Assembly (NCBI GenBank): GCA_963752285.1
Contig: CAVVXN010000001.1
Span: forward strand, 224,001-288,000
Reading direction: 5' to 3'
DNA length: 64,000 bases
From: an uncultured Planctomycetota bacterium
Lineage (GTDB): Bacteria > Planctomycetota > PLA2 > JAEUHO01
The translations under genes and the position numbers were made by a program. The first letter of the stretch is position 1; each line of letters begins with the position of its first letter. This document shows, one piece after another, positions 56,101-64,000 of this stretch. The notes beneath the pieces are model-generated. The model made no database searches, was not told the origin of the DNA, and saw nothing but the letters and a program-made list of their open reading frames with translations.

Positions 56101-56978
56101 AGGACTTCCTGGGCCGGTACCCGGGAAGCGTGTGGCAGGACGACGCGCGGTTCTTCCTCGCGGAGACGCGCGAGCGCCGGTTCGAGTCGTCTCCGTCGCC
56201 GGAGGGCGCGAAGGCGGTGACGGAGGCCGCGACGCCCCTCGTGGACCAGAAGTTCCCGGACGCCCAGGGGCGGAAGACGTGGAGCGAATACCGGGCCCGC
56301 GCCCAGTACCTCCTGGCCCGCGTCGCGCACGTTCTCGGGGACCTCGACCGCGCCGTGAAGCTCTACCGCGAGGCGTGGGAGATCGAGGACGCCCGAGAGG
56401 CGTACGCGTTCCTGACCGAGGAGCGCCTCTCCCTCCCGGTCCTCCACACGGTGGACCTCGACGGGGGCGCGTCGATCCCGCTCGAGTACCAGAACGTCGC
56501 GGAGGTGTCGCTCAAGGCCTACCCGGTGGACCTGCCCGTGCTCTTCGCGGTCCGCCGCACGCTCGAGGGGCTCCACGACGTGGACCTCTCCGGCATCGTG
56601 GCGAAGGACACGTGGGCGCTGAAGCCGCCCGACGGCCGGGACCACCGGCCGCACCAGACGGCGGTCGTCCTGCCGGTCGAGACGGGCAAGGCCGGGGCCT
56701 GGCTCGTCGTGGCGAAGGCCGGCGACCACGAGGCGAAGGCGCTGGTGATCAAGACGGACCTCCACGTCGAGATCCAGCACCTCGGCGACAAGGCGCGCGT
56801 CTACGTGACCGACCCCGCGGGCGCGGCCGTGCGCGAGGCCTACGTCGTCGTCTCGGACGGCCAGCGGATCCGCGCGCGGGGCATGACGGACGGGCGGGGC
56901 GCGTTCGAGGCGCCCGGCGTGGGCCCGAACGCGCTGGTGGTCGTCTCGAAGGACGGGCGCTACGCCGTGGCGCGCTAG
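53172..56978 (+). CDS. Alpha-2-macroglobulin family protein, C-terminal part with thioester motif and extra TPR/MG extension
   Basis: FLDTAFWAP, LPDNLTTW, PRFL, PYGCIEQT (CIEQ at 53970-53981), QNQDGSFGW, VEDPLPAGFE and PMYLPE. This frame is open upstream to about 53064. Confidence 0.9.
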   Translation: MVAGRPVANVQANEPAWGAEGYLLADKKTNLDQQQAFGFGSAIDVALRQKFLDTAFWAPHVATDDQGEATVEVTLPDNLTTWRAVVRGVSRAALVGEGRGRLRAEKKLLVRVDAPRFLVTTDQVTVPVAVHNATGRPQEVRVALGAKGVTLAGDDATLTVPDGGRAVSDRDATTPGPGEVRLTATATAADAADRVEAVFPALPRGIKVVEGRTGVAKTAGGDLQETFLDVPDGAIPGATRLAVVMYPGLDSAILDALLSLDLYPYGCIEQTVHRFLPAIAAREALLQAGSPAATRLDRLDEAIRRGALRLRNLQNQDGSFGWFRGGTGDIAMTAYALRGLTGARKAGVADLDGPIANAVQALARALGQAPDEDVRALAHLALATAGAVVEDQWASTFRRRDDDLSVAGLAWMALAAHEVGRSYDADELVRLILRRKVEAGESTHWKGRATDCFTGSDREATGLAVQALLIGAEHRDDAERGIRWLLENRTDGGFGTTKDVAAFVGAASAWVRANGASAFGGTVDVQLDRQSVRTIEVGVKGLAAKDRRFLVDAAAALSPGRHTLGFRLSGQGDLSWAVRLEAVVKSDDLPAEEQGIAVRRQVLRPEEAPVEGQPPPVKAGYEVLRPAARPRVEARMLERVVAGERVLVRIELEAPRDLDYVLVEDPLPAGFEVLEDTAQGPFAWQERRDDRQVFFVTRLPKGTTVLTYVLQATFWGRFTALGTTAAPMYLPEVHGRAAGYRLEVTREAGRGTDAETAPTPDEVWARAVRLFDHGGRDEAVRLLRELRDQQPLRDEIVEQLEGYLLRAAIDAKDAKEIVRAREALVRRNPAAIPSDWETQRRIAFAYHDIGEYEVAATLDRELVARAFGLRVDWMKTLAGRDREVEGLDDLGLALRSFPISNATADAALRRAVRYRELARPKGREGKPGAPMDAESVAALWDFTAHFAGTPLADVGAYALISALRQSGDLDGAEHAAEDFLGRYPGSVWQDDARFFLAETRERRFESSPSPEGAKAVTEAATPLVDQKFPDAQGRKTWSEYRARAQYLLARVAHVLGDLDRAVKLYREAWEIEDAREAYAFLTEERLSLPVLHTVDLDGGASIPLEYQNVAEVSLKAYPVDLPVLFAVRRTLEGLHDVDLSGIVAKDTWALKPPDGRDHRPHQTAVVLPVETGKAGAWLVVAKAGDHEAKALVIKTDLHVEIQHLGDKARVYVTDPAGAAVREAYVVVSDGQRIRARGMTDGRGAFEAPGVGPNALVVVSKDGRYAVAR

Positions 56979-57156
56979 CGCGCGTACTCTGGGCCGGCGA
57001 GCCGGTCTTTGCCGCGGGCGATCCGGGTCGATCGTCCGCGGCACGTCGCCCCTCCGCGGAGGTGGACGACCGCGTCTCGACTCAAGCGGGACCCGGGTCC
57101 CATACGATGAAGGGTGAGAGTGGCCTCGCCTCCGGCGAGCCGCTCGCGGTCAACCC

Positions 57157-58080
57157 ATGGTCCTGCAGTTCCTAGAAGCCATCTTCCGTGACGCGAACGA
57201 CCCGGTCGTCCTGCTCGCGCAGGACGGGACCGTCGCGACCGCCAACCCCGCGTTCCGCGCGCTCGTCCAGCGGGGGCGGAACGGGGCCCCGTTCATGGAG
57301 CTCGTGAGCTTCCACGCGCGCGACCGCGTGGCGCGCGACCTGGTCCGGGCCGCGGCCGGCGACACGGTGCTGATCGAGGTGCCGCACCCCCGGGAGCCCG
57401 AGGGCGACACCGTCGTCGAGTACCGGTTCTTCCCCGTCGATGACGGGATGACCGCCGGCATCGGCCGCATCCGCGACGCCGAGCGCGCGCTCGGCGACGA
57501 GCTGGGGCGGACGCAGGCCGAGCTCCGGCAGAAGCAGAGGATCCTCGACGAGATCCAGATCGAGCTCACCCAGGTGCCCTTCATCGACCCGGCGACCGGG
57601 GTCTGGAACCGGTTGCAGGTGATCGAACGGCTCGCGGGGGAGTGGAGCCGCAGCGAGCGGTGGGGCAGCCCGATCGCGTGCCTCATGGTCGAGGTGGACG
57701 ACCTGGAGGACCTGAGGCGTCGCGAGGGGAACGCGCTCGCCGACGAGGTCCTCAAGTCGATCGCCCGCCGGATCAAGACCGTCGTCCGCGACCACGACGT
57801 CGTGGGTCGGTTCGGCGGCGGGTGCTTCGTCGTGCTCGCCGTGCACTGCCCGATCGAGGGCGCCCGCCACCTCGCGTCGCGGATCGGCGACTGCGTCGCG
57901 CACGAGCCCGTGAGCGTCATCGGCCGGACGGTCTGGACGAAGGTCCGGATCGGGTGCTGCACCAACCAGTCCGAGGGCGTCGAGATCATGGAGGACCTCT
58001 TCTCCGTGGCCCAGGAGGCGCTCGCCGAGGCCCGCACGCGCGAGGTCGCGGTCCACTGCGCGGACGACGCGACCGCCTGA
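57157..58080 (+). CDS. PAS-like + degenerate GGDEF domain protein
   Basis: DPATGVWNR; RDHD I-site; GRFGGGCF in place of GG(D/E)EF. Confidence 0.85.
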   Translation: MVLQFLEAIFRDANDPVVLLAQDGTVATANPAFRALVQRGRNGAPFMELVSFHARDRVARDLVRAAAGDTVLIEVPHPREPEGDTVVEYRFFPVDDGMTAGIGRIRDAERALGDELGRTQAELRQKQRILDEIQIELTQVPFIDPATGVWNRLQVIERLAGEWSRSERWGSPIACLMVEVDDLEDLRRREGNALADEVLKSIARRIKTVVRDHDVVGRFGGGCFVVLAVHCPIEGARHLASRIGDCVAHEPVSVIGRTVWTKVRIGCCTNQSEGVEIMEDLFSVAQEALAEARTREVAVHCADDATA

Positions 58081-58208
58081 CGGCCGGTCGGACCCTCGGC
58101 TCTCCTGCCGCCGGGCCCCGTCCCGCGGGCCGGGCACGGACCCCTGTCACGCCCGCGGGGGGGCCTTGGCGGGGGGCGTATGATGCCCCGCCCTCCCGGA
58201 GTCCCCCC

Positions 58209-59207
58209 ATGCGCCGTCTTCCCCTCGTTCTCGCCCTCCTCTTCGCGTTCTCCCCCCTCGTGGCCCGGGCCGACGACCCCCCGAAGGAGGAGCCGCCGGC
58301 GCCCGACGCGCAGCCCGCCGCGCCCGACACGACGCCGGCCGACGAGGGCATCGCCTGGTCGCACGACCTCGACGAGGCGAAGAAGCAGGCGAAGGACGAG
58401 GGGAAGGCGCTCTTCGTGTACTTGACCCCGTCCTGGTTCGAGTGCCCCTTCTGCAAGAAGCTCCAGAAGGAGGGGTTCGGGGACGCCGACGTCCAGAAGT
58501 ACGTGAGCGACAACTTCGTCCCCGTGTGGATCGAGGACGCGCGGGAAGACCCCACCGCGAAGAAGCTCGGGCTCTCCCAGGAGGGCTACCCGAACGTCGC
58601 CGTGTACGCGAAGGGCGGCGAGTTCGTGGGACGCCTGGTCGGCTTCGGCGGGTTGAAGGCCTGGTTCGGCGACCTGAAGGACGTGACCGCTCGCGGAGAC
58701 GGGCTGGCGGCCGCCGAGGACGCCGCGGCGAAGGACCCGACCCGGTGGATCGAGGCGGCGAGGCTCCTCCTCGACGTGCCCGAGCCCTCGGCGGAGGCGG
58801 AGGTGATCCGGGACCGCGTGGAGGGCATCGCGACCCTGTTCGACAAGGCGCCCGCGGCCGCGCGCGACTCGAAGGACGGGAAGGCCGTCCAGACGGCCCT
58901 GGACGCGCGCAAGGCGTGGGTAGAGGTCGAGTCCCAGATCCACGAGCTGATGCAGGGTGTCCACACGAAGGACGTGGCCGCCGAGAAGGCGCCGCAGGCC
59001 CTCGAGAAGCTGGACGCCTTCCTGAAGGACCACGCGGGCGACGATGCGCGGTCCGAGGCGAGCGTTCTCGCGAAGAAGGGCTTCTTCCTCCTGATCTCGG
59101 ACAAGCAGGCGGAAGCCGTCGAGGTCGCCAAGCACCTGCTCGAGGCGTTCCCCGAGAGCGAGCAGGCGAAACAGGTCGTCGGCGCCCTCCTCAACCAGCG
59201 GATGTAG
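58209..59207 (+). CDS. Secreted thioredoxin-fold (CPFC) protein with helical C-terminal domain
   Basis: Signal peptide; IAWSHDLDEAKKQAK..GK; ECPFCKKL; GYP cis-Pro loop. Confidence 0.85.
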   Translation: MRRLPLVLALLFAFSPLVARADDPPKEEPPAPDAQPAAPDTTPADEGIAWSHDLDEAKKQAKDEGKALFVYLTPSWFECPFCKKLQKEGFGDADVQKYVSDNFVPVWIEDAREDPTAKKLGLSQEGYPNVAVYAKGGEFVGRLVGFGGLKAWFGDLKDVTARGDGLAAAEDAAAKDPTRWIEAARLLLDVPEPSAEAEVIRDRVEGIATLFDKAPAAARDSKDGKAVQTALDARKAWVEVESQIHELMQGVHTKDVAAEKAPQALEKLDAFLKDHAGDDARSEASVLAKKGFFLLISDKQAEAVEVAKHLLEAFPESEQAKQVVGALLNQRM

Positions 59208-59253
59208 CCGACTCCCTGCGCTCCCCTCCGGCCGGGGAGATCGTCGTTCGGCC

Positions 59254-59967
59254 GTGTGCTTCCTCGTGCTCCAGCACCGCGTGCGGGCGGACCACCCGGT
59301 GGTCCTCCTCCACAACCGCGACGAGGCCTACGATCGCCCCTTCGTGCCGCCGCGCCTCCTCGACGTGAAGCGGGGCGTCGTCGCGCCGCGGGACCTGGAG
59401 GCGGGCGGATCCTGGATCGGGATGAACCGCGCCGGGCTCGTCGTGGCGATCTCGAACCGCCGGGGCGAGAGCGCCTCCGGGGGCACGCGCAGCCGCGGCC
59501 TCGTCGTTCTGGACGCGCTCCGCCAACCCTCCGCCCAGGCGGCGCTCCTCTGGGTGCGCGCGCACCTGGAGCGCATCGCGTACGCGGGCTTCAACCTCCT
59601 GCTGGCCGACGCGATGCAGGCGTTCGTGGTGCGGCACCGTGGCGCGCCCGAGCCGGGTCCGCTGCCCGGCCAGGACACGTTCGAGCTCTTCCCCGGCGTG
59701 TACGTGCTGACCCACGTCCACGAGCCGGGCACCGTCCCTCCGCCCGCGGCGGCGCGGCCGCGCGAGGGCGAGACGATCGACGAGGCGATCGCCCGCCTCG
59801 AGGCCCTCGCCGGGGACACGAGCGTGCGGCTCCCCGGCGACGAACCGACGCTTCGGAGGGGCGAGCGGCGGGGCACCGTGGCCAGCGCCGTCGTGGTCCC
59901 GCCCCGGTTCCGCTTCGCGTCCGGCCCCCCCGACCGGACCCCGTTCGAGGACGTGCACCTCGCCTGA
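59254..59967 (+). CDS. NRDE/TANGO2 family protein
   Basis: N-terminal MC, NRDE, GGSWIGMN, SRG and GFNL motifs. Confidence 0.9.
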   Translation: MCFLVLQHRVRADHPVVLLHNRDEAYDRPFVPPRLLDVKRGVVAPRDLEAGGSWIGMNRAGLVVAISNRRGESASGGTRSRGLVVLDALRQPSAQAALLWVRAHLERIAYAGFNLLLADAMQAFVVRHRGAPEPGPLPGQDTFELFPGVYVLTHVHEPGTVPPPAAARPREGETIDEAIARLEALAGDTSVRLPGDEPTLRRGERRGTVASAVVVPPRFRFASGPPDRTPFEDVHLA

Positions 59968-60031
59968 GCGGGGCCTCCCCTCCCCGGGGATAGGATCTCG
60001 CCTGCGTCGTGGGAGTGCCGAGGTGCACGTC

Positions 60032-61375
60032 ATGAGGCGCGCGTGCCTTTCTGCGGTGCTCGTGGTGGCGTTCGCCCTCCCCGCCCGGGCGGGTGCGGCC
60101 GAGGTCTCGGAAGGCGTGGCCCGGTTCACGCTGCCGGCCGGCTGGTCGCGCGCGGCCCACGGTCCCGCGGGGTCGTTCGCGACCGCCGACGGGACGGGGA
60201 CGCTCGAGATCGGGAGGTCGAAGCCGCTCACGACGGTGGAGGCCGCTCTCGACGAGCTGGCGGGCGCCGCCGCGAAGCGACCCGGGTACCGCGAGGAGTC
60301 GAAGCGCACGGGTGGCCAGCACCTGGCCAGCGGCGGGCGGTGGACGAGCTACGCCTACACGTACGCCGACGCCGCGCGCCCGGACCGGTTCGAGTACGTG
60401 TGGGCGGTCGTGGTGGGCGCGGGCGGCCGTGCCGTGGCGATCACCGCCACCTTCGCCGACGCCGCGGCGTTCAATCGCTACCTCCCCGAGCTCGGCCGCA
60501 TGGTGGACCGGCTCCGGCTGACGAGCGCGATCGTCCTCGAGAAGGGCGACCCCCCGCTGACGCAGTTCACGCTCGACGAGACGATCGACTTCCTGGAGTG
60601 GCTGATCGGTTCGCCGCTGACCGACGCCGAGCGCCAGACCGTCGAGACCGAGGTCCGGGGCTCCTGGAAGAAGGGCGATCGGGCGGAGATCGACGGGACG
60701 CAGAAGCTGTTGGAGCTCCGAGAGCAGCTCGCCGCGCTTTTGCCCGAGAAGCGCGAGCTGACGCGGGAGGCGGTCCTACCCGCCGCCATCGCGGAGTGGC
60801 GCAAGGACGAGAGCAGCGCCAGCAGCCGGATGATGGTCCAGATCTACGACGCGGCCCACGAGCCGATCGCCGAGGGCTCGCCCCCTCTGACCCGCCAGGG
60901 CGTGGATGCGTTCTCCGAGCTCCTCTGCTTCGCCGCCGGTCAGACCGTCGGCCTCACGTTCACGCCGTCCGAGGACCTGAAGAAGAAGCTCTCCGCGGCC
61001 GTGGCCGGGAAGTACGCCTCGCTGGCCCACGACCAGCAGCAGCTCGTCGCCTCCATGCCGTTGACCTGGGCCGCGCTCCGCGCGGCGTGGCCCGAGCTCG
61101 GGGAGGCCGACAGGCGCCGTCTCGTCGACGGGTGGAAGCAGGATCCGTCGCTGGTGGCCCTCGGCCATGCGATCCAGGGAGGCGGCGCGCCGAACCCCTC
61201 GTCCACGCCCGCGTCCTCCGGGGGATCGTCCCCCCTCTCCACGCTCCAGGACGCGCGGCGGCAGGCGCTCATGTACCAGACCATGTCGAACGTGATGATG
61301 ATGCAGTACGAGACGAATCGGGCGATCATCTCCAACATGGTCGGCGGGTATCGCTACGAGTACCGCTGGCGCTGA
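60032..61375 (+). CDS. Secreted hypothetical protein (beta-rich N-domain, helical repeats, Met/Gln-rich tail)
   Basis: Signal peptide ending AGA, FTLPAGW motif and host codon bias. Confidence 0.72.
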   Translation: MRRACLSAVLVVAFALPARAGAAEVSEGVARFTLPAGWSRAAHGPAGSFATADGTGTLEIGRSKPLTTVEAALDELAGAAAKRPGYREESKRTGGQHLASGGRWTSYAYTYADAARPDRFEYVWAVVVGAGGRAVAITATFADAAAFNRYLPELGRMVDRLRLTSAIVLEKGDPPLTQFTLDETIDFLEWLIGSPLTDAERQTVETEVRGSWKKGDRAEIDGTQKLLELREQLAALLPEKRELTREAVLPAAIAEWRKDESSASSRMMVQIYDAAHEPIAEGSPPLTRQGVDAFSELLCFAAGQTVGLTFTPSEDLKKKLSAAVAGKYASLAHDQQQLVASMPLTWAALRAAWPELGEADRRRLVDGWKQDPSLVALGHAIQGGGAPNPSSTPASSGGSSPLSTLQDARRQALMYQTMSNVMMMQYETNRAIISNMVGGYRYEYRWR

Positions 61376-61411
61376 CCTGCTTCGCGCCCGCTACGTCCCC
61401 TCGCTCCGCCG

Positions 61412-64000
61412 CTACCCGATCGGGATCGTCCGGACCGCGTGCGCGTCGAGGGTCAAGGCTCCGTGGTCCTGGCGCACGACCCCGGTCACGAGATAGGGGC
61501 CCGCGCCCTGGAGGCGGTGTCCGAAGCGGGCGTACGCGCGGGGGAAGAGCGTCACCTCGACCGAGCCGTGGAGGTCCTCGAGCATCAGGAACTTCATGTA
61601 CCTTCCCGCCGGAGCGCCCGGCCCCGGCTCGCGGGCCTTCACGCGCACGCGCCGCTCGGTCACGACCCAGCCCGCCACGCGGACCCGCTTCCCCACGTGC
61701 CGGTGGAGGAGCGTCGTCGCGACGGCGCCCGCCTCCGCCGCCGCCTCCGCGATCAGCTCGGAGGGGTGGAAGGACGCCGTGAGCCCCAGGGTCTCGACCT
61801 CCATCTCGAGGAGGCGCTCCGGAGCGTACGCGACGGGGACCGGGATCGTGCGGGCGCGCGGCAGGAGCGCGGTCGGGCCGAAGAGCGCGGCCTTGACGTG
61901 CGACTCCTCGCGGGCGGCTTGGTAGCGGTCGAAGTCGAGCGAGAGCGTCCAGAGCGCCTCGCCGCGCGGCCGGTCGAACACGTCGAGGGCGCCGGCGAGC
62001 GCGAGGCGCTCGGCCTCGTGCTTCTCGAGCGTCGTGCGGAGCATCAGGTCGGTGAGGGAGAGGAAGGGGCCGGTCGCCTGGCGGATCCGGACGAGCGCCT
62101 CGGGCGTCTCGCGGCGGAGCCCCTTCACCTGCCCGAGGCCGAGGCGGAGCACGCCACGGCGTCCCGTCGCGCCTACGCCCGAGCGGTTCACGCAGGGCAG
62201 CTCGATCCGGACGCCCAGGCGGCGCGCCTCCTCCACGTAGACGCGGGGCGCGTAGAAGCCGCCCTCGTTCCGAAGCACCGCGGAGAGGAACTCGGCGGGG
62301 TAGCGCGCCTTGAGCCACAGCTCTTCCCAGGAGATGCGCCCGTAGGTCGCGGCGTGCGCCTTGTTGTACGCGTAGGCCGCGAAGCGCTGGATCGAGCGCC
62401 AGACCTCCTCGATCACGGGCGCGGGGAGACCTCGATCCGCGGCCTGCCTCCGGAACGCCGCCTCCATCTCGGGGAGATCCTCCGGCTCGCGCTTCTTCGA
62501 GAGGGCGCGTCGCAGCCGGTCGGCCTGCTCGAGCGAGAAGCCCGCCACCGCCGCGGCGACGCGGAGCGTGTCCTCCTGGTAGAGCATCACCCCGTACGTC
62601 TTCGAAAAGAGCGGGTCCACGAGCGGGTGCACGGAAGGCGTCTCCTCCTCCCGTCGTCGCCGCCGCACGTACGCGTCCTTCATGCCCGAGCCGGCCGGCC
62701 CCGGCCGGATCAGGGAGAGGGCGATCATGGCGTCCTCCTGCGTTTCGGCCTCCATGCGCACGACGAGGTTCCGCATGCCCGGCGACTCGACCTGGAAGCA
62801 GCCGAGCGTGTGGCCGCCCGCGAGGAGCGCGCCGGCCCGCTCGTCCTCCTCGGGAATCCGATCGAGGTCGATCTCCTCGCCGTACGCGACCCGCGCCTCC
62901 TCGACGACGTCCGCGACGACGGCGAGCGCGCGGTTCCCGAGCAGGTCGATCTTCACGAGGCCGGTCGCCTCGACACCGTGCATGTCGTACTGCGTGACGA
63001 CGCGGCCCTTCGCGGAACGCTGGAGGGGGAGGCTGTCCGAGAGCGCGGGCGCGCGCTCTCCCTTCGCGCCTCCGTCGCCGATCACGATGCCGCCGGGGTG
63101 GGTCGAGACGTAGTGCGGCAGCCCGTCCAGCGCGAGCGCGGCGCGGATCGCCGTGCGCCACGGCGGCCGGTCGAGGTCCACGCCCCGGAGCTCGGGGACG
63201 CGCGCCCCGGGCGCGAGCGCGCCGGAGAGGCGCCAGGGGAGGTGACGCACGACGCGGTCGATCTCGGCGGGCGCGATGCCGAAGGTCTTCGCGGCCTCGC
63301 GGATCGCCCCGCGCGCCTGGTAGGTCACGTGGGTCGCGATCATCGCGACCCGGTCCTCGCCGTACGTGTCGTACGCGTGCTCGATCACCGCGTCGCGGCC
63401 GCGCCAGTCGATGTCGAGGTCGATGTCCGGGCAGTCGGCCCGGGCCGGCGAGAGGAACCGCTCGAACGGCAGCTCGTGGCGGAGCGGGTCCACCGACGTG
63501 ATGTCGAGCGTGTACGCGACGATCGAGTTCGCCGCCGAGCCCCGTCCGACGCAGGGGATCCGCCGGCCGCGCGCGAAGCGGACGAGCTCGTGGACGATCA
63601 GGAAGTAGTCGCAGAAGCCGCGGCCGCGGATCACGCGGAGCTCCCGCTCGAGACGCGCGAGGACGTCGGGCCGGAGGAGGCCGTAGCGTCGCGTCGCGCC
63701 CTCCATGGCGAACGCCGCGAGGCGGCCGTACGCGAGGTCCGCGTCGTCTCCCGCCGCCCCGCCGGTCTCGTCGCCGAGGTGCCGGTCGTCGAGCGCGGGA
63801 AGCCGCGGCCGCACGGCGCGTTCGAGGCGGAACGCGCAACGCTCGCCGATCTCGACCGTGGCCGCGGCCGCCGCCGGCAGGTCGCGAAAGGCCCGTGCCG
63901 CCTCGGCGGGCGGGCAGAGCCACGCCGAGGCCGGGAGCAGGTCGAGGGGGTGTCCGTCGCGACCCGTCGCGCCCGGGACGACCTCGCGGAGCCGCAGGAG
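61412..64000 (-). CDS. dnaE2: DNA polymerase III alpha subunit, error-prone DnaE2-like (5' end outside window)
   Basis: GRGSAANS, FERFLS, PDIDLD, HPGG, KIDLLG, FQVESP and a C-terminal OB fold. The frame is open to the window edge. Confidence 0.88.
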   Translation of the reverse strand, partial: LLRLREVVPGATGRDGHPLDLLPASAWLCPPAEAARAFRDLPAAAAATVEIGERCAFRLERAVRPRLPALDDRHLGDETGGAAGDDADLAYGRLAAFAMEGATRRYGLLRPDVLARLERELRVIRGRGFCDYFLIVHELVRFARGRRIPCVGRGSAANSIVAYTLDITSVDPLRHELPFERFLSPARADCPDIDLDIDWRGRDAVIEHAYDTYGEDRVAMIATHVTYQARGAIREAAKTFGIAPAEIDRVVRHLPWRLSGALAPGARVPELRGVDLDRPPWRTAIRAALALDGLPHYVSTHPGGIVIGDGGAKGERAPALSDSLPLQRSAKGRVVTQYDMHGVEATGLVKIDLLGNRALAVVADVVEEARVAYGEEIDLDRIPEEDERAGALLAGGHTLGCFQVESPGMRNLVVRMEAETQEDAMIALSLIRPGPAGSGMKDAYVRRRRREEETPSVHPLVDPLFSKTYGVMLYQEDTLRVAAAVAGFSLEQADRLRRALSKKREPEDLPEMEAAFRRQAADRGLPAPVIEEVWRSIQRFAAYAYNKAHAATYGRISWEELWLKARYPAEFLSAVLRNEGGFYAPRVYVEEARRLGVRIELPCVNRSGVGATGRRGVLRLGLGQVKGLRRETPEALVRIRQATGPFLSLTDLMLRTTLEKHEAERLALAGALDVFDRPRGEALWTLSLDFDRYQAAREESHVKAALFGPTALLPRARTIPVPVAYAPERLLEMEVETLGLTASFHPSELIAEAAAEAGAVATTLLHRHVGKRVRVAGWVVTERRVRVKAREPGPGAPAGRYMKFLMLEDLHGSVEVTLFPRAYARFGHRLQGAGPYLVTGVVRQDHGALTLDAHAVRTIPIG

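Noticed and set aside
10217..57044. Very long alternative-frame and antisense ORFs (e.g. 10217-14929, 24653-28981, 37464-42860, 46678-52881, 52827-57044)
   Set aside because: They are shadows of real genes caused by stop-codon scarcity at high GC3. The translations are Arg/Gly/Pro-rich and carry no family motifs.
1..64000. tRNA, rRNA, CRISPR arrays and riboswitches (including TPP upstream of thiD)
   Set aside because: Intergenic gaps are short and I saw no cloverleaf, repeat-spacer array or TPP core motif by eye. A covariance-model scan was not run.

Overview
Very GC-rich bacterial chromosomal window (roughly 70-75% by eye). A Planctomycetota-like origin is inferred, weakly, from a PilM-PilN fusion, a TPR-decorated alpha-2-macroglobulin and many secreted TPR/HEAT proteins. 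From about 9.5 kb onward it is dense, host-codon-biased DNA: plsC-like, CPBP protease, xdhC, two HtrA proteases plus a pseudo-protease, carB, pilM/N, an ECF sigma/anti-sigma triad, aceE, purB, thiD, a 2-phosphoglycerate-kinase-like gene, psd, a GT-C glycosyltransferase, a frameshifted giant alpha-2-macroglobulin, a degenerate GGDEF protein and a partial dnaE2. No rRNA, tRNA, CRISPR, transposase or integrase was seen. The most unusual part is about 1.5-8.5 kb, a lower-GC, codon-unbiased segment whose two borders fall inside open reading frames. It holds the variable N-terminal half of a sigma54 activator, a divergent small secreted protein with an operator-overlapped promoter, and most of a giant Ser/Thr kinase-STAND-TPR-GAF-histidine kinase-receiver gene. 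Its edges show mirror-image G/C skew. This resembles a pherotype-style variable signal/receptor cassette. A secreted three-hydrolase fusion and a catalytically dead RNase H-like protein are the next most interesting items.
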